Positions 49,500-62,516 of a stretch of 64,000 nucleotides of DNA are shown here, piece by piece (the stretch's first letter is position 1; each line of letters opens with the position of its first letter). The position numbers were made by a program, and so were the translations under genes. Below the pieces are notes generated by a model that made no database searches, was not told where the DNA came from, and was given only the letters and a program-made list of their open reading frames with translations. Source of the stretch: Bispira polyomma (taxonomy: Eukaryota); contig OZ287750.1 of the NCBI GenBank assembly GCA_965649765.1, forward strand, positions 82,460,001-82,524,000, in the 5' to 3' direction.

Positions 49500-51006
49500 C
49501 TACTTTTTTCGTCAGTTTTTAACCAGATAACCGGACCAGCCCACTGCCTAAGCAGCTCTTCATTATTACTTGTCTTTTCCCACCGAGAAAGGAGATCTGC
49601 AATTTTATTTTTGGCTCCCATTATGTGTATCACTCTTATTTCAATATCGAATCGGCTGGCCCACATATAAATATTCCTTGTGTATAATGCCAAAACCGGA
49701 TCCTGCGTACGCCCATTTTCAAGGACACTAACGACTGCCTGGTTATCACATTTAAATAACACTTTTTTGCTGGCCCAGTCGTGAGCCCAAAGTTTTAGGG
49801 CCACAAGAATATTGATCATCTCTAAGGAAGCTATATTATTACTAGTCATGTGTTCTGGTATTTTTAGCTTATATACTTGATTTCCACAAATCCCACCCAT
49901 GCCAGTCAAGCAGGCATCTAATTCAATCTGGGGTGTGGGTTTATGCGCAAAAAAGCTAACACCATTAAATTGGCTCACGAACGTGTTGAACCAGTTAAGG
50001 TCCTGCTTAAAGTCTTGAGTTAAGCTAAATTTGTCTTTAATATAGTTGTCACGAAGTAATTGCAACATTCTGTTCAAGAATACTCTTGCATACTTGATGC
50101 ATTTAGCGACATATAGCAATGAACCCAGTAGGGATTGTAATTCCCGTTTGGTGCAATGAGTCTTATTATGCCATTCAGTACATTTTTCTTTAATTTCCTT
50201 CAATTTTTCTTCCGGAATGGAATTTGTAAAATCTACAGTGTCCACCAGTATGCCCAGGCAAACTACTCAGGTACTGGGGGCCACCAGTTTTTTTGCTACT
50301 TATGGTTAGCGTTACGTTGAAATATAGTACTTCCCTTCTGGTAGCCAAATGGGAGGGACTTATCTACATAGAACTTGTTCCAATATAAACCTAGTAAATT
50401 GATATCTGCAGGGTCAATAGGGACGTGACGGAACGCCCTACTGACGTCAACCTTGAATATATGGCAACCTTTGCCAAGCTTAACGACTTCATTTGTTACA
50501 TTATCAACTGAGGGGTAAGACAAAAGAAATTCGGTTTCCAAATAAGAGGTGGCTGACGCCCCTGCGTTTACTGAATGACCCCGTGGCCAACTCAGATCAA
50601 CTATAACGCGTCTATTCATAGAACTGGATTTTTCACGGGTCATCATTGGTGAGCAATAAAGATCCTCAATAGGTGGTTCATTAAAAGGGCCTAGTATGGC
50701 TCCAAAATTGCACTCTTCACGCAAGTAAGTGTCAACATGTTGGGGGAATTTGTCAGTCGAACTATGATTTACATTCTCAGACTGGCAGACAATGTCTCGT
50801 TTGACATCTAAGGGGAAACCATACTTCACTAATAAGGGGAGTTGCCAATCCCAGTAGTGTTTAAGGTACTGAGCCCACTTATCGACATTCAATTGCGAGT
50901 CAACCACAAGTTGTAAACCCTTGTAATTGTGCCTGCCATCTGCCCTCAATTTTTTATGCAGTTGAAATATGTCAAGTCCGTGATTGGTTGTACCCTTATC
51001 CCCCAC
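49500..51006 (-). pseudogene. Reverse transcriptase-RNase H of the YR element, with an internal deletion
   Basis: RRVIVDLS, FKVDVSRAFR and LPFG..IFQR, then a jump to KKLVAPST...CLG with the YxDD segment missing near 50310. RNase H motifs LDAC, LEMINI, CDNQAVV and NKIADLLSR. Confidence 0.9.
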
Positions 51007-51098
51007 TTTACTACCAAGTGTGGTTAGAGGTATAAAATCATAATCTACTTTATTTTGTTCTTTCCATTTTTTATAGGTTTGTTCGCTTCAAGCTCTAT

Positions 51099-51863
51099 TT
51101 AGGAGCTCCCATTTGTTTTTTTCTGCTTCAATTCCAAAGCATACTTGTCATTTGACCCAGAGGTGTCAATTTTGTTATTCTTTTGAAGAATGTGCACGCT
51201 GTCAACGACCTGACAATTATTGGTTTTATTCACACTTATGACCTTTCGCTGGTCTTGTCTAATCACACCTTTACTACTACACTCTACATTTGGAAGCACC
51301 TTGTCTCTTGTTTGTTCAAGAGGCTCAAACCTGTCATAAAGCACAAGTTCAGGAGTGACACCTGCCAACACGTTTTTGTTAACACCATTATTTACAGTAC
51401 TCCGCCTACCCCTTTGTTTTCCCTCACAGGTGTTAGATTTGCTTTGTGTGGCTGAAACAACAGGGTGGGAGGAATGGCCCAGAAAGTTGACACTCGAGTT
51501 GTCTTGAATGCCTTTAATTTTGTTATTAGAGACTTGTTTGACACGTGTCTGTGTGTGGGCAGTAGTAACATCCCTTTTTCTATCTTTCCAATACACATGG
51601 CATTCCTGAACTCGGTTTCCACTTTCTGACATTTTGTTAAGTACACAATACTTTAGGTGTTGACTATTTACATTTTTGACAGCCTGGCTGTAGGTACAAC
51701 CAGTCTGTCTACCTCTATTATACATGAACATTTTTTCCCGGTTATGCTTTTGAAATAACTTGAACTCCTGAAAGCTAGAGTTATAAAATACTCGACTAAA
51801 AACTTGTTTATCCACTGGAGTCGCGCAGTGGCCCATTAGTTTTTTGCATTTTTCTTTGCGCAA
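51099..51863 (-). CDS. Low-complexity ORF between gag and RT (probably the frameshifted N-terminal extension of pol)
   Basis: 254-codon open frame overlapping the gag end, with no recognisable domain. Confidence 0.45.
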   Translation of the reverse strand: MRKEKCKKLMGHCATPVDKQVFSRVFYNSSFQEFKLFQKHNREKMFMYNRGRQTGCTYSQAVKNVNSQHLKYCVLNKMSESGNRVQECHVYWKDRKRDVTTAHTQTRVKQVSNNKIKGIQDNSSVNFLGHSSHPVVSATQSKSNTCEGKQRGRRSTVNNGVNKNVLAGVTPELVLYDRFEPLEQTRDKVLPNVECSSKGVIRQDQRKVISVNKTNNCQVVDSVHILQKNNKIDTSGSNDKYALELKQKKTNGSS

Positions 51864-52810
51864 GCACTGCTCTTATGCGTGCCCCCGCACTGTTCACAAA
51901 CATGTTTGAAATATGTACTGCCCTTCTTATGGCGGGTGTGATATTTACAAATTCCCTCCTGGAAAAATTTGCAGTTGGCTGTAGTTTGTTTTGAATTTTG
52001 ACTGACCCTATTGGCACCACGACTGCCACTACTGTTATTACTGACAACGTGTCGCTGCACGTGTGCCCTTCTAAGCCTATCAAGTTTATCTATCTCAAAC
52101 CATTTAAGCTTGTCCATCTCCATTTGGGTCATAACTACCGCATGACAGGCTTTTGCCGCCTCCCAGGAGAAATCTTCCGCATCCTCCATCAAATTTGACA
52201 TATACTCTAACATTATGTCCCTTATTTCTTTGGATTTTTCATCCTGAATGATCCTAGTGAATCCACAGACCCACTGGGTGATAGAAAGATCATCGTATGT
52301 CGGCCGAGACCAAAAGTTACCAGTAAGCACGTGATTTTGTGGCCACTCGACCACCCGTTTTACAATTATGTCTACACCCCCGACGCTCTGGGATTTCAAT
52401 TTACCTTGGCTAGGGCTTTCATTTAATCTTTTCAGCTCAGACAGACGTAGTTCTATCTGGCTCTGAATGTGGGTATTGGTCTTTAAAAAATCTAGACTAG
52501 GAATGACATTTTCCAGAGCCGAAGCTTCAGTACTAGTGTTCACAGAACTATTATTCATAGAAATAGAATTACTGGCCTGATTTTTACTTTGATCTCCCGC
52601 CAACGCCGCCTCGGTGAGCTGAACACGCTGATTCATCCTCTCCATCATGGCACTCATGGACTGTAGTTGAAGTAGAATTTGATTAGAAATATTTACCCCA
52701 GAATCTGTGTCAGAGGATTCCACAAAGGATTCATCACCGTGTTCAGCATTGGCAGAAGATCCCTCAACATTTAATTCAAGTGTACAAGCAGCACCCACAC
52801 CGTCTGGCAT
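51836..52810 (-). CDS. Gag-like ORF1 of the YR retrotransposon
   Basis: 324 aa with a coiled-coil N-region, YDDLSITQWVCGF, FSWEAAKACHA and a C-terminal Cys/His array CKFFQEGIC...H...HVCEQCGGTHKSSAC. Confidence 0.85.
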   Translation of the reverse strand: MPDGVGAACTLELNVEGSSANAEHGDESFVESSDTDSGVNISNQILLQLQSMSAMMERMNQRVQLTEAALAGDQSKNQASNSISMNNSSVNTSTEASALENVIPSLDFLKTNTHIQSQIELRLSELKRLNESPSQGKLKSQSVGGVDIIVKRVVEWPQNHVLTGNFWSRPTYDDLSITQWVCGFTRIIQDEKSKEIRDIMLEYMSNLMEDAEDFSWEAAKACHAVVMTQMEMDKLKWFEIDKLDRLRRAHVQRHVVSNNSSGSRGANRVSQNSKQTTANCKFFQEGICKYHTRHKKGSTYFKHVCEQCGGTHKSSACAKKNAKN

Positions 52811-52942
52811 GTTTTCCAGAGTATTTTGAACAGTTAAAAACCGGAGGCATTATTATACACACAATACTGTAAAATAGTAAAACGTAAAATCAGTAACAAG
52901 TATAAAAATTCTTGGTAAAAGTTCCAGAAATTTCTGGCGTCT

Positions 52943-53093
52943 TGTTATAAAGTTGTTGTTCTGTGAACGTCTATTGTTTAAAAGGCGGGAGGATTTAAAT
53001 GTCTGGTCTTTTATACTAGCCGCAGTCATTCAAGCATTACAATAGACTGGAACCCCATAACTGAAATCGTCTGCGCTAGGGCGCTGCCTTCTA
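52943..53093 (-). repeat. Terminal repeat A1 of the YR element
   Basis: 150/151 identical to 48009-48159. TATAAAA (minus) at 53009-53015. Confidence 0.9.
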
Positions 53094-55439
53094 AAAACTA
53101 TTAAATGTATCAGAAAGGAAGATGGACAGTTCATCAATGAACATTTTGAAAGAAACAAAAGTATTTTATAAAACTTTGTTTGACAATCATTCTGATGAAC
53201 CTAAGGATGTTAATTTAAAAACATTGCTTAAGAATATCAACATTAATAGATTAAACTACGAACAAGGACAATTTTTAGAAGGTCAGCTTATACTACAAGA
53301 GCTGGGACAAGCTTTTTAAAGTATGAAAAATGGTAAAACACCAGGAATTGATGGATTTCCAGCTGAATTCTTTAAAATATTTAGAGGCAAATTAAATTAC
53401 TTTATTTGCAACGCAATTAATTACAGCTATCTGAAAGGGGAAATGCCACCTACTCTAAGGCATTGCATTACATGTCTTCCAAAGGGCAACAAGGACCGAT
53501 CTTGCTTGAAGAACTGGCGTGCGATCTCATTACTATCTGTCATATATAAAATAGCATCACTTTCGATAGCAAACAGATTGAAACCGTTTTTAGATCATAT
53601 AATTGACAAAAAACAAACAGGATTTATTCCTGGCAGATATATAGGTTATTCTACCCGTTAAATATATGACATTATGCACTATACTGAAAGTTTTGAAAAA
53701 GAAGGTTTGCTAATGCTCATCGACTTTGAAAAAGCATTTAACTCAGTTTCATGGAATTTTCTTTATAATGTTTTGAATTATTTGGGCTTTAGTTAAAGAT
53801 TTATGCAATGGATTAAACTTTTTAACACTAACATCAAGGCCTCAGTAATCCAATGTGATGTCCTATCTGAACATTTCCAAATTAAACGTGGTTGCCGCCA
53901 AGGGGACCCTACATCTCCATATTTATTTATTATATGTGCTTTTATATTGTCTATTCTTTTTTGCAATAATAACGAATTAGTGGGAATAAAAGTGGGAAAG
54001 ACAGAATTCAGGATCACGCAGTTTGTCGACAACACTACTCTGTTCATGGATGGCTCCCAGAGATACTTGCGGGCAGCTTTAAATACTCTGGAAATATTTG
54101 GAAGTATGTCTAGCTTGAAAATGAATACCCAAAAAACCAAGTTGATATGAATAGGTAGTAAAAAACAGTACAGAAAAGCTATTGGTATGCTCTAGCTTAC
54201 AATGGGGCACCACTGAATTTGTACTGCTATGTATCACATTTAATGTTGATTTAGATAAAATGGTGGGAAAAACTATGCATGATTCTGTCAACATACTCCA
54301 TAATTGGAAAAAGCGCTACCTGACACCTTTAGGAAAAATTACTGTTATTAAAACATTTATCATTTCGAAATTTAATCACATATTTATATGGCTATCAAAT
54401 CTGTCCCCTACCATCATCAAATCTCTAAATGATTTAATTTATGACTTTCTGTGGAATGGCAAACCTGACAAAGTAAACCGAAAATTGGTTGTGAAGTGCC
54501 ATTTAGTTGGTGGGCTTAAAATGATTGACATAGACAAATTCACAAAGTCATTAAAAGCTACTTGGGTCAGAAGATTAATAATAGATTCAGATACACCTTG
54601 GGCTAAACTTCTTAACTATAAACTAAACTTTAGTTATCGATTAGCGGTATTTGGTTCTTCTTGGTTTAAACAAATTTGTAACAAGACAAAAAATCCTTTC
54701 TGGTGTGATGTGTTCAATTTGTGGCAAACTGTGACAGACGCATGTGTAGTGGAGTCACTTAACGATATTTTATATAGCCCACTTTGGCACAACATGATCA
54801 GTAAGCATAGCATGTTTTATCCCACTTGGTTTGATCATGGCATTAGATATGTTGGTGATTTACTAAATAAAAATGGTCACTTTATGTGTATGGCGCAACT
54901 AAAAAGTATGTACAATCTCAAAAATATAAATTTTTTAGATTATTATAGAACTAAACGAAGCGTCAAACCATTCTTGGACAAAAATAAACATTTATTAACC
55001 AGTAATATTACAAAATTAGTTGGACCTGAGATTCCTTTTCAGGTGAAAGCTTTACTGAAAAAAAACAAAAAGGTGCTGTTCATATATATAACGTGCTCAA
55101 CAGAGGTCCTTTTCTACCTAAGTTAAAAAAAAAGTGGAATGAAATTTTTAATGAAGACTTAAATGATGATACGTGGAGCAAAATATTCAAGGTGTGTTTC
55201 AAATTTTTATACGATGTTATACTTACCTAGATGCAATACAGAATCCTGAATAGAATTATTAGTGTTAGACATTGCTTGAGTATTATTTATAAGGACGACT
55301 CTGATATTTGTAGGTTATGTAATAGCCATACAGAAACTATTGAGCACCTGTTTTGCTTTTGCAGTAAAACAGAATATCTTTAAAATTCAATATACACATG
55401 GGTAAGACTAAGACTGGCTATTGCAATTCAGTTTGACAA
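53094..55439 (+). mobile_element. Tx1/L1-clade LINE ORF2 (RT plus C-terminal knuckle), with multiple stops and frameshifts
   Basis: KTPGIDGFPAEFFK, KNWRAISLL, LIDFEKAF, GCRQGDPTSPYLF, QFVDNTT, GKITVIKTF, GGL, CRLC...ETIEHLF.FC. Confidence 0.92.
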
Positions 55440-55800
55440 GCCATTATCGGGGACGGATCGCCCCGCCAATGGCTTATTTCTTGATGAAAAGACTTATCTG
55501 TTGGATTTGGAACACTCGCAGAGGTTTTCAAGCATGTCAGAAAACCTCTGCTTGTGATCGAGTGTTTATTGACAGATAAGTCGGTTCCCTCCAGAGTTAT
55601 TTTTTCCTTGTAATGACCTATCTTTTGATGAAAATACTTATCTTTTCCTTCCAACAACTTATCTTTTGATGAAAAGACTTTTGAAAATTTCAACTCAAAC
55701 AGCAAGGCTGGCAGACTTATCTTTATGACATCGTGGTAAGTTTAGGACCTATCTTTTTCAGTTAAGACTTATTCTTTTAAGGTTATTTATAAGGTTGCCT
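55440..55800 (+). mobile_element. Harbinger-family subterminal fragment
   Basis: Diverged direct copy of 46482-46591, followed by an array of GACTTATCT-like motifs. Confidence 0.5.
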
Positions 55801-57699
55801 TTTTTTTTACAAAAATCGTACATATTTAACATTTAGCAAGAAGGTTACGTTTTCAACAACTAAACAGATTTAGATGAAATTCAGTGAAAGTATGGGCCCA
55901 TTAACAAAGGAAGAATCCAAGAATTTTGGAAGAGATCCAGGTAGATCCAGAAATAGTGTTTATGTTTTGGACTCTGGGCCTTTGTAAGGAGTTATTTACT
56001 GTATTAAATTCCCTTCTAACCCACCAAGAAGGCTGGATCTAAAGCTTTCTCAATTCATGCCCCTATGTTATGGACTAGTTTCCAAGTTGACCTTCGGGTT
56101 GCAGAGAAAACTCAAAACCTATCTTTTTAAATGCCCTTAGCCCCCTCTGTGTACACCTCATATCATTCCTTTCGACCTGGCTATGTTTTTTTACTACTCA
56201 ATTGGTGAAATGATTCTGTTGTTGCACTTTAGAAGATGCTTCGCATCACTGAGACACATTAAAAAAAGAAAATACCAAACACTTATATCTTGCTATATCT
56301 TCCATACAATGACATGTTACAAGATATAAATAGCCTAGATTAGACACCTGAATGAGCCACTGGAAACTGATTTATAATTAAATTATAGTAATAAATTATA
56401 GTAATAATGTCATATATATAGATAATTGTGAACATTCATTCAGTTTAAACAGTTTTTTAAGAAACAGATTATTTGTATTATTTTTATAAATTCCAATAAA
56501 CAGTTAGTAAATGTGTAAAATAAGATACAGAATTAATATAAGCCGATTAACTTCCTGGGCAGTTTCAGTCCTGGGCAGTTATCTGAGGGTATTTCAAGTC
56601 ACTCCATATATATAGACACATTAATTTTAGTATTAGAACAATTTATCAGAATGTTAGTTCATTTAAGTGTAAATTTAGTACTTGACTTTGTTAAAGATTT
56701 ACATTTGACACCCCTGGCAAAATAGTTATTTATTTTTGCATTCAAAACTTGGGGGCAAGCCCCCAAACCCCTTTTCCAAAAATAGATTTTTTATTCTTTA
56801 GGAGAAAACTTGTTTGTTAAAATATATTATATATTACTTGATTATTGCTTTTGTTTGTCCTAAGGATTATAGTCATGTACTAAGCATTCAATGGTGCGGA
56901 TGAGGAGAAAGGTGTAAAATAAATTAGTGCGGGTGTATTAAATAGGGGGCTTATTTTAGGGGGTGGGGGTACATATTTTGGGGGTGTGGAGGGTTGGCTG
57001 TGCTTACTGTTTAATCTTTAAGACAAATACAGTGAGACACCTAGTTAATTTGGATAAACTTTATCCTCATGATGGATAATGAAAGGACAATGACGATATT
57101 GTGAGATGCTGCACCCTTCTGTCAATATGCTTGTTACATCCACTAAGAGGTTTATGTTTCCGCTGCTGTTTCTTGGTTTGTTTTGTTAATATGCTTGTTT
57201 GTTGGCAAGGTTACCAATGAACCATTTTTGACCAAACTTTGTAGGGGGCTAGGGCATGGGCTGATCTAGATAATGATATGTGTGCATTGAGTACTTACTG
57301 TACTTTATGAGTATGTTTTACTTTACAGCTAAAAAATTACAACAAAATGGGTGTTTGGGTCAAATAAGTTTTTCATCTACTTTTTAATAGCCTATTAGAT
57401 TGCCGAATTTGGGAGGTCCAGAGCTGGTATTTACAAAGATTCTTATTCTTAGACTTTATTTCAAACATTCTGATTGGCTGAGCTTAAGAATTTTATAAGA
57501 ATGTTTGTGAATACTGTTCCAGGTCAGTAGCTAAAACACAGGCACTTTTGAATTTTTACTCCATAGTGGAGGTATGCTCTCTACTGATGGTATGGGATTA
57601 ATAATTTAGTCACTCTAAGGGTTCTGTATTAGTATCTAAAACATACTGTTGATTGTGAATATCTTCGAAACTCTTCCATTTTGCCAAATACTAATAACG

Positions 57700-58100
57700 T
57701 TTTGTTGTCATTACTGTAATACAAGGGTTTAACAGTATATTTTACACAGTGACAGATGCCATCGATGGTACAAATAGTATGGAGTTACTGCTTAATCACA
57801 AGATTCCATAGATGTACTTATTGTCAATTGCTATTGTTTAAATTTTTTAAACAGTTGAACAGATTCAACTTACAAAGATGGCCTTTACGAACGCACAACA
57901 AACATCTTTGTATGAATCAGTGACTGTACGTTTCAACTTTGTTTCAGGTTCGCCTTAGGAGCACTTCAGAACTTTTGGTTTATATCCTTGAGCATTAGTC
58001 ACACCGTCATAAAAGTTTTGAAATGTTTAAAACTTGAATGCGCATTTGTAAGAGTTTTTGTGAGGGCTATACATCTTTATTAGTTTTAGAACATTTTTCA
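57700..58100 (-). mobile_element. Possible highly decayed Penelope-like element fragment
   Basis: Frameshifted remnants resembling the YKxPKxL..LL.KA.L linker and the C.S.N.IY start of a GIY-YIG domain. Weak evidence. Confidence 0.25.
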
Positions 58101-60849
58101 TCAAAAGCAGGTTGTGGTGGCTGGTTTTTAATTAGTGTCAATTAATAGCAGTTAGTGACTTTTCGTTGTGATTAGTGAGGTTTTGGTAGGTATTCCTTAT
58201 TGTCTGTTATGTCTTTGTTTCTCATTAGTAGGTGTTTGGAAGGTGTGTGTCCCATTTCTGGCAGATTTGTCACAGTTATGTGGCAGTGGGGCGTTGGAGG
58301 GATTTTCTTGGTAGGTGAGGGGGCGATAGATTGATCTACTCGTGGACTAATAGCCACCAACCTGATGCAACGAATACTGACAAACGTTCGTCTGAATGAG
58401 ACCAAGCCATCAATAGTTCTTGACCGGACCCCATTGCTGAATACATATTTAATACATACAACAAACTCTGTTTACTCATTGAACCATTTTAGATTCAATT
58501 TCTGACTGGCATATATATCAGCTAATAATCACCAATATATCATAGGGCAAACAACTCTTTTTAAATTAGCTGAAACAAAGCTTACACAAAATTCAGACAT
58601 ATAAATCTACTTTTGGTGTTTCAACACACTAACAAATGAATCAGTAACTGATTGTGATAAAACAAAATTGAGCTTATTAAAATATTTTGCACAAATATAT
58701 ATAAAGAATATTTTTCAAAATATTTTTTAGCACAGAGTATTTACAACAGAAATGAATTCCATATCCATACTGCCTTGTTTAAAATATGCCACCTTAAATA
58801 TGATACTAATTTAACTATGGTGAATTTTACAGTAACAGTTAGCTGTACATATATCTATTGTTTGGGGTGACAAAATTGTTCACAAGGCAGAAACCCCTAA
58901 ATATCAAAGAAGGAGATTGTTATATGGCAGAGTCCTTATTTTGGCGTTAAGCCGGTTTATATTTATTTATATTATAGTGATATGAAAGACAGCAATAAAA
59001 TATAACTTGAAAAAGGCAGATCAGAGAGAGTGAAGGCCGCTTTAATTAAAATTTTATCATAACTCAGTTCAAGTATTGACTCCTTTCAGCTTAAATGTCT
59101 CAGCTATTACATAATATATTTTGATTTTGTAAAAAGTACTAGGAAGCATATTTATTTGACTAGACAAATATGTAATATGAAAATATGTATCATCTATATT
59201 TACTGAAATATTAGCATTTAACCTCCGCTCTAAAAGTTAGTATTTTTAACAATTTGGGACATACAGTCCAACTTTAACTAGCAATAACTTCATAACCATT
59301 TTACTGAAATTAAAATCAGTGAAATCTATTACAAGGTATATAATTTGAGCTTTCTGGTGATACCAAAACGAATATTTTAGATAAAGCTTTTAATCAATTG
59401 AAATTTTCAGAGAAAACACAATAAATTAAATAACGTTTGGACCATTCGGGGGTTTAGTAGTAAGTGTTGAGGGCCGTTTCGACACCCTCGCCGTAATTGT
59501 GCAGTATTTAAATTCCCTGTGATGTACACTGTTAAAATGACAACTTACTGGTTAAAATCAAGCAAGATTTGATGATTTTCTTAAAATAAATCTAAACATC
59601 TATTCTTGTTGGTGTCGAAAGGCTGCGTATTTCGCTCAGCGATTTGACCTACTTTCTAATTATGTCTGTTATGACGCTATATGCGTTACTGGACATGACA
59701 ATCTCAGAATTAAAAGAGGCGTGTTCACTTTTTCCACCCAAAACACTGTATCTTACGTCAATTATTCTTTTCATTTTTTTTTTAATGAATAAAATAAACT
59801 TCTATCTGTGTATCTTACAGCAGACATATATATTAACTACAAATATAAGGGAAACATACAATCAACAATGATAAAACAAACTACATATATTTCAGGAATA
59901 TTATCAATAAATCTAAACCCCTGAAATGGATCATCATACGACATGGTGGCGCTCAAATAAACTTCAAGTTAGAGGTCTCTGACCAAAAAATGCCCCAATC
60001 CTCAATGGCCTTATATGTCATTTCATCTTAAATTCGTGTCATAACTAATGATATGAGGTATACACAGGGTTATAAATCATATGCGTGACCTCATTACGTG
60101 TACTTATGGTCTCCCAATGTCGTCTGAGACTCCCCAAAAGGCAATGCAGCAATTCTACCGTTTAAACATCATATAAAACTTAGAAGGACAAAAGATGTTT
60201 ACATCTAGTTACACCGGCTTTATTTTTCACGACCATACTGTGAAATGAGAATATACATGGTACATTTTTGTCCACATTCCCAATTATCCCCATGTTACAT
60301 TGTGTCCCCACCAAGCTCTCTGGATGCTATAATGTTGTATCTCAAGGTAGAATATAATCTTGTTATTAATTAGACAAGTAAATATTAGTGAGCAATAAGG
60401 AATGTAAAGGTAAATTAAGCAGGTAACTTTAGAAATAACACATCATTTTTTTAAATGATTGCAAGCCATTTATTAAAGACGTTTATCTGGATAATTTACA
60501 CTTTTTGATTTGAACTTTAACCTTTCATCCGACCTTGACATCATCTTGGGTTGGTGTGTGACTGATTACTTATTCTAACCACACTAATATGAATATTTTA
60601 TTCACTAAAAATACAAAAAAAAAAGAACATTTACTATTACAAATGTTGGCAACATTGTTCTTGTCACCGATTTCTTCATCAGTTTTGGCATTGTAAAACT
60701 GAGTTAATACAACATGGCTTAACAATCGTCAAATATTAAATACCATGACATTGTAACTGAAGCATGCATGAAATATATTATTATAAACAACAAAAGTCTT
60801 CCACAAGGACCACACTATTTACAACAAACTGAACTGACCCTCAACTAAC

Positions 60850-61141
60850 CTGTGGTCATATTTACTAAAGTTCTTTTACTTAGAATAATTCTTGTACTTA
60901 AAATTATTCTTAGAAAATTTCTTATACTTAATTTTTTTGCTTATTTTTAGAAAATTTTCTACGAATGAGCTTTGATTTTAAGAAAGGTCAAGACCTCACT
61001 TAAGTTGAGAAAAAGATTATGTACTTCTATTAACAATTATTCGCTAAGAAATTCTTATTCTATAATTTAGTATAACAATGATTCTTATTCTAAATATAAG
61101 AATTATTCCAAGTATAAGAACTTTAGTAAATACGGCCCCTG
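60850..61141. mobile_element. Long-hairpin MITE
   Basis: tatttactaaagttcttttacttagaataattctt is inverted against aagaattattccaagtataagaactttagtaaata. Confidence 0.75.
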
Positions 61142-62454
61142 AACAGGAACCTCTATTATCTGAACTTTTATTATCCAAATATTCGATTTTATGAACATAA
61201 TTCCACTTTGAGCACTTTATTTCTCTTCCATCATTGATTGTGGTTCTAGAACGTTTGGATCAGAGATGTTCTATTTCATTTGTAGTGTCTGGAGATTTGC
61301 ACATTTTGCATATGGTAGCAACATAAGTAACATCATGTAGTATTATTATGTTATCCACATTTAAATCTGTTTTTCACCAGACAATTCATTTGTAACATAA
61401 ATTGAGTGACTCATAAGCCCACGCTATTTTTTTTTTTTTTTTTTTTTTTGCAAAACATCAGTCACCTTTTTTTAAACCGTTTTGATCTTTGTTGGAATGA
61501 CAATGCTTTCAGTGAACACCACAGTTCACAAAATTATTTGTCAAAACTGAGTCATTTGGTGGAATGTCCGTCTTTTCATGGAGAGACCATCAATCTATTT
61601 ATGTTGGGTGCTTACATCCCACAACCTTATCTAACAGTTCATTTAGTTGCTTTAACATCATGTAATACATATTATATGGGCCATATTCACAAAATGTCTT
61701 AGTCCTAACTTAGTATTATTAAGTTAAACATTTATGTTGAAAATATTTCAGACTGCATACAGTTGGTCTTAGTGTCAAGAACAAATTTAACACTAAGCAA
61801 AGATCTTTTCTTACTGCCACTGGGACGGAGATAAAAATCTTCACCTTTTTGGCCAAAATTAAAGACCAGGGGTGGTAGTCACAAAAGGGCTAATCAGAGA
61901 CTTAGACAGAGTATACCTTTTTTGGCCTAGATTTAGAACAATGTCTGGACTAATTTCTTTTGTGACTACTTCCACAGGGGGTGAGTTTACAAAAGGGCTA
62001 TGTCTGGGTATGTATGTGTATTTATATATAAAATTGTATGTATCTATGTTGTAACGATATGTATTATGAATAAAGGTCCTCATAAGCCCTGATAGTAAGG
62101 GCTGACTGCTTTATTAGGAAATGTGCTCATGTAAATATTGTGAATATTGATAAAGCAGGTGGCACTTAAATATAAAATAAATCGCTTTATCTCTCTCTCT
62201 TTACAAAAGGGCTAAGCCTAGACTTTGTCTTAGATCTAATATACTTTTGTTCTAGATTTAGGACAATGTCTAGACTTAGTCCTTTTGTGAATATGGGCCC
62301 AAAGTCTTAAGCTTAAGACTAAGGTAGGACTAAGACCCTTTTTGTAAATACAGTCGCTAGTTGTCATGCCTTGCAATTTATTGGTGTAAAGAGATTAAGC
62401 ACCTTCAGAATGTTATGAATATAATAAGGTGGAATGATTCTTTTCCCATTGAAA

Positions 62455-62500
<46 letters not shown>

Positions 62501-62516
62501 ATGTGTGTGTGTGTGT
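62455..62516. repeat. (TA)n(TG)n compound microsatellite
   Basis: Directly visible. Confidence 0.95.

Larger units (their letters stand above)
46784..53093 (-). mobile_element. Tyrosine-recombinase (DIRS-order) retrotransposon with split direct repeats, Ngaro-like; defective
   Basis: Order A1(52943-53093)-gag-RT-RNaseH-YR-B1(48160-48449)-A2(48009-48159)-spacer-B2(46784-47345). A1 and A2 are 151 bp with one mismatch. No methyltransferase domain and no TSD. Confidence 0.92.

Noticed and set aside
58340-58430. Possible hammerhead ribozyme near the Penelope-like remnant
   Set aside because: Could not assemble the CUGAnGA and GAAA cores with three supporting stems.
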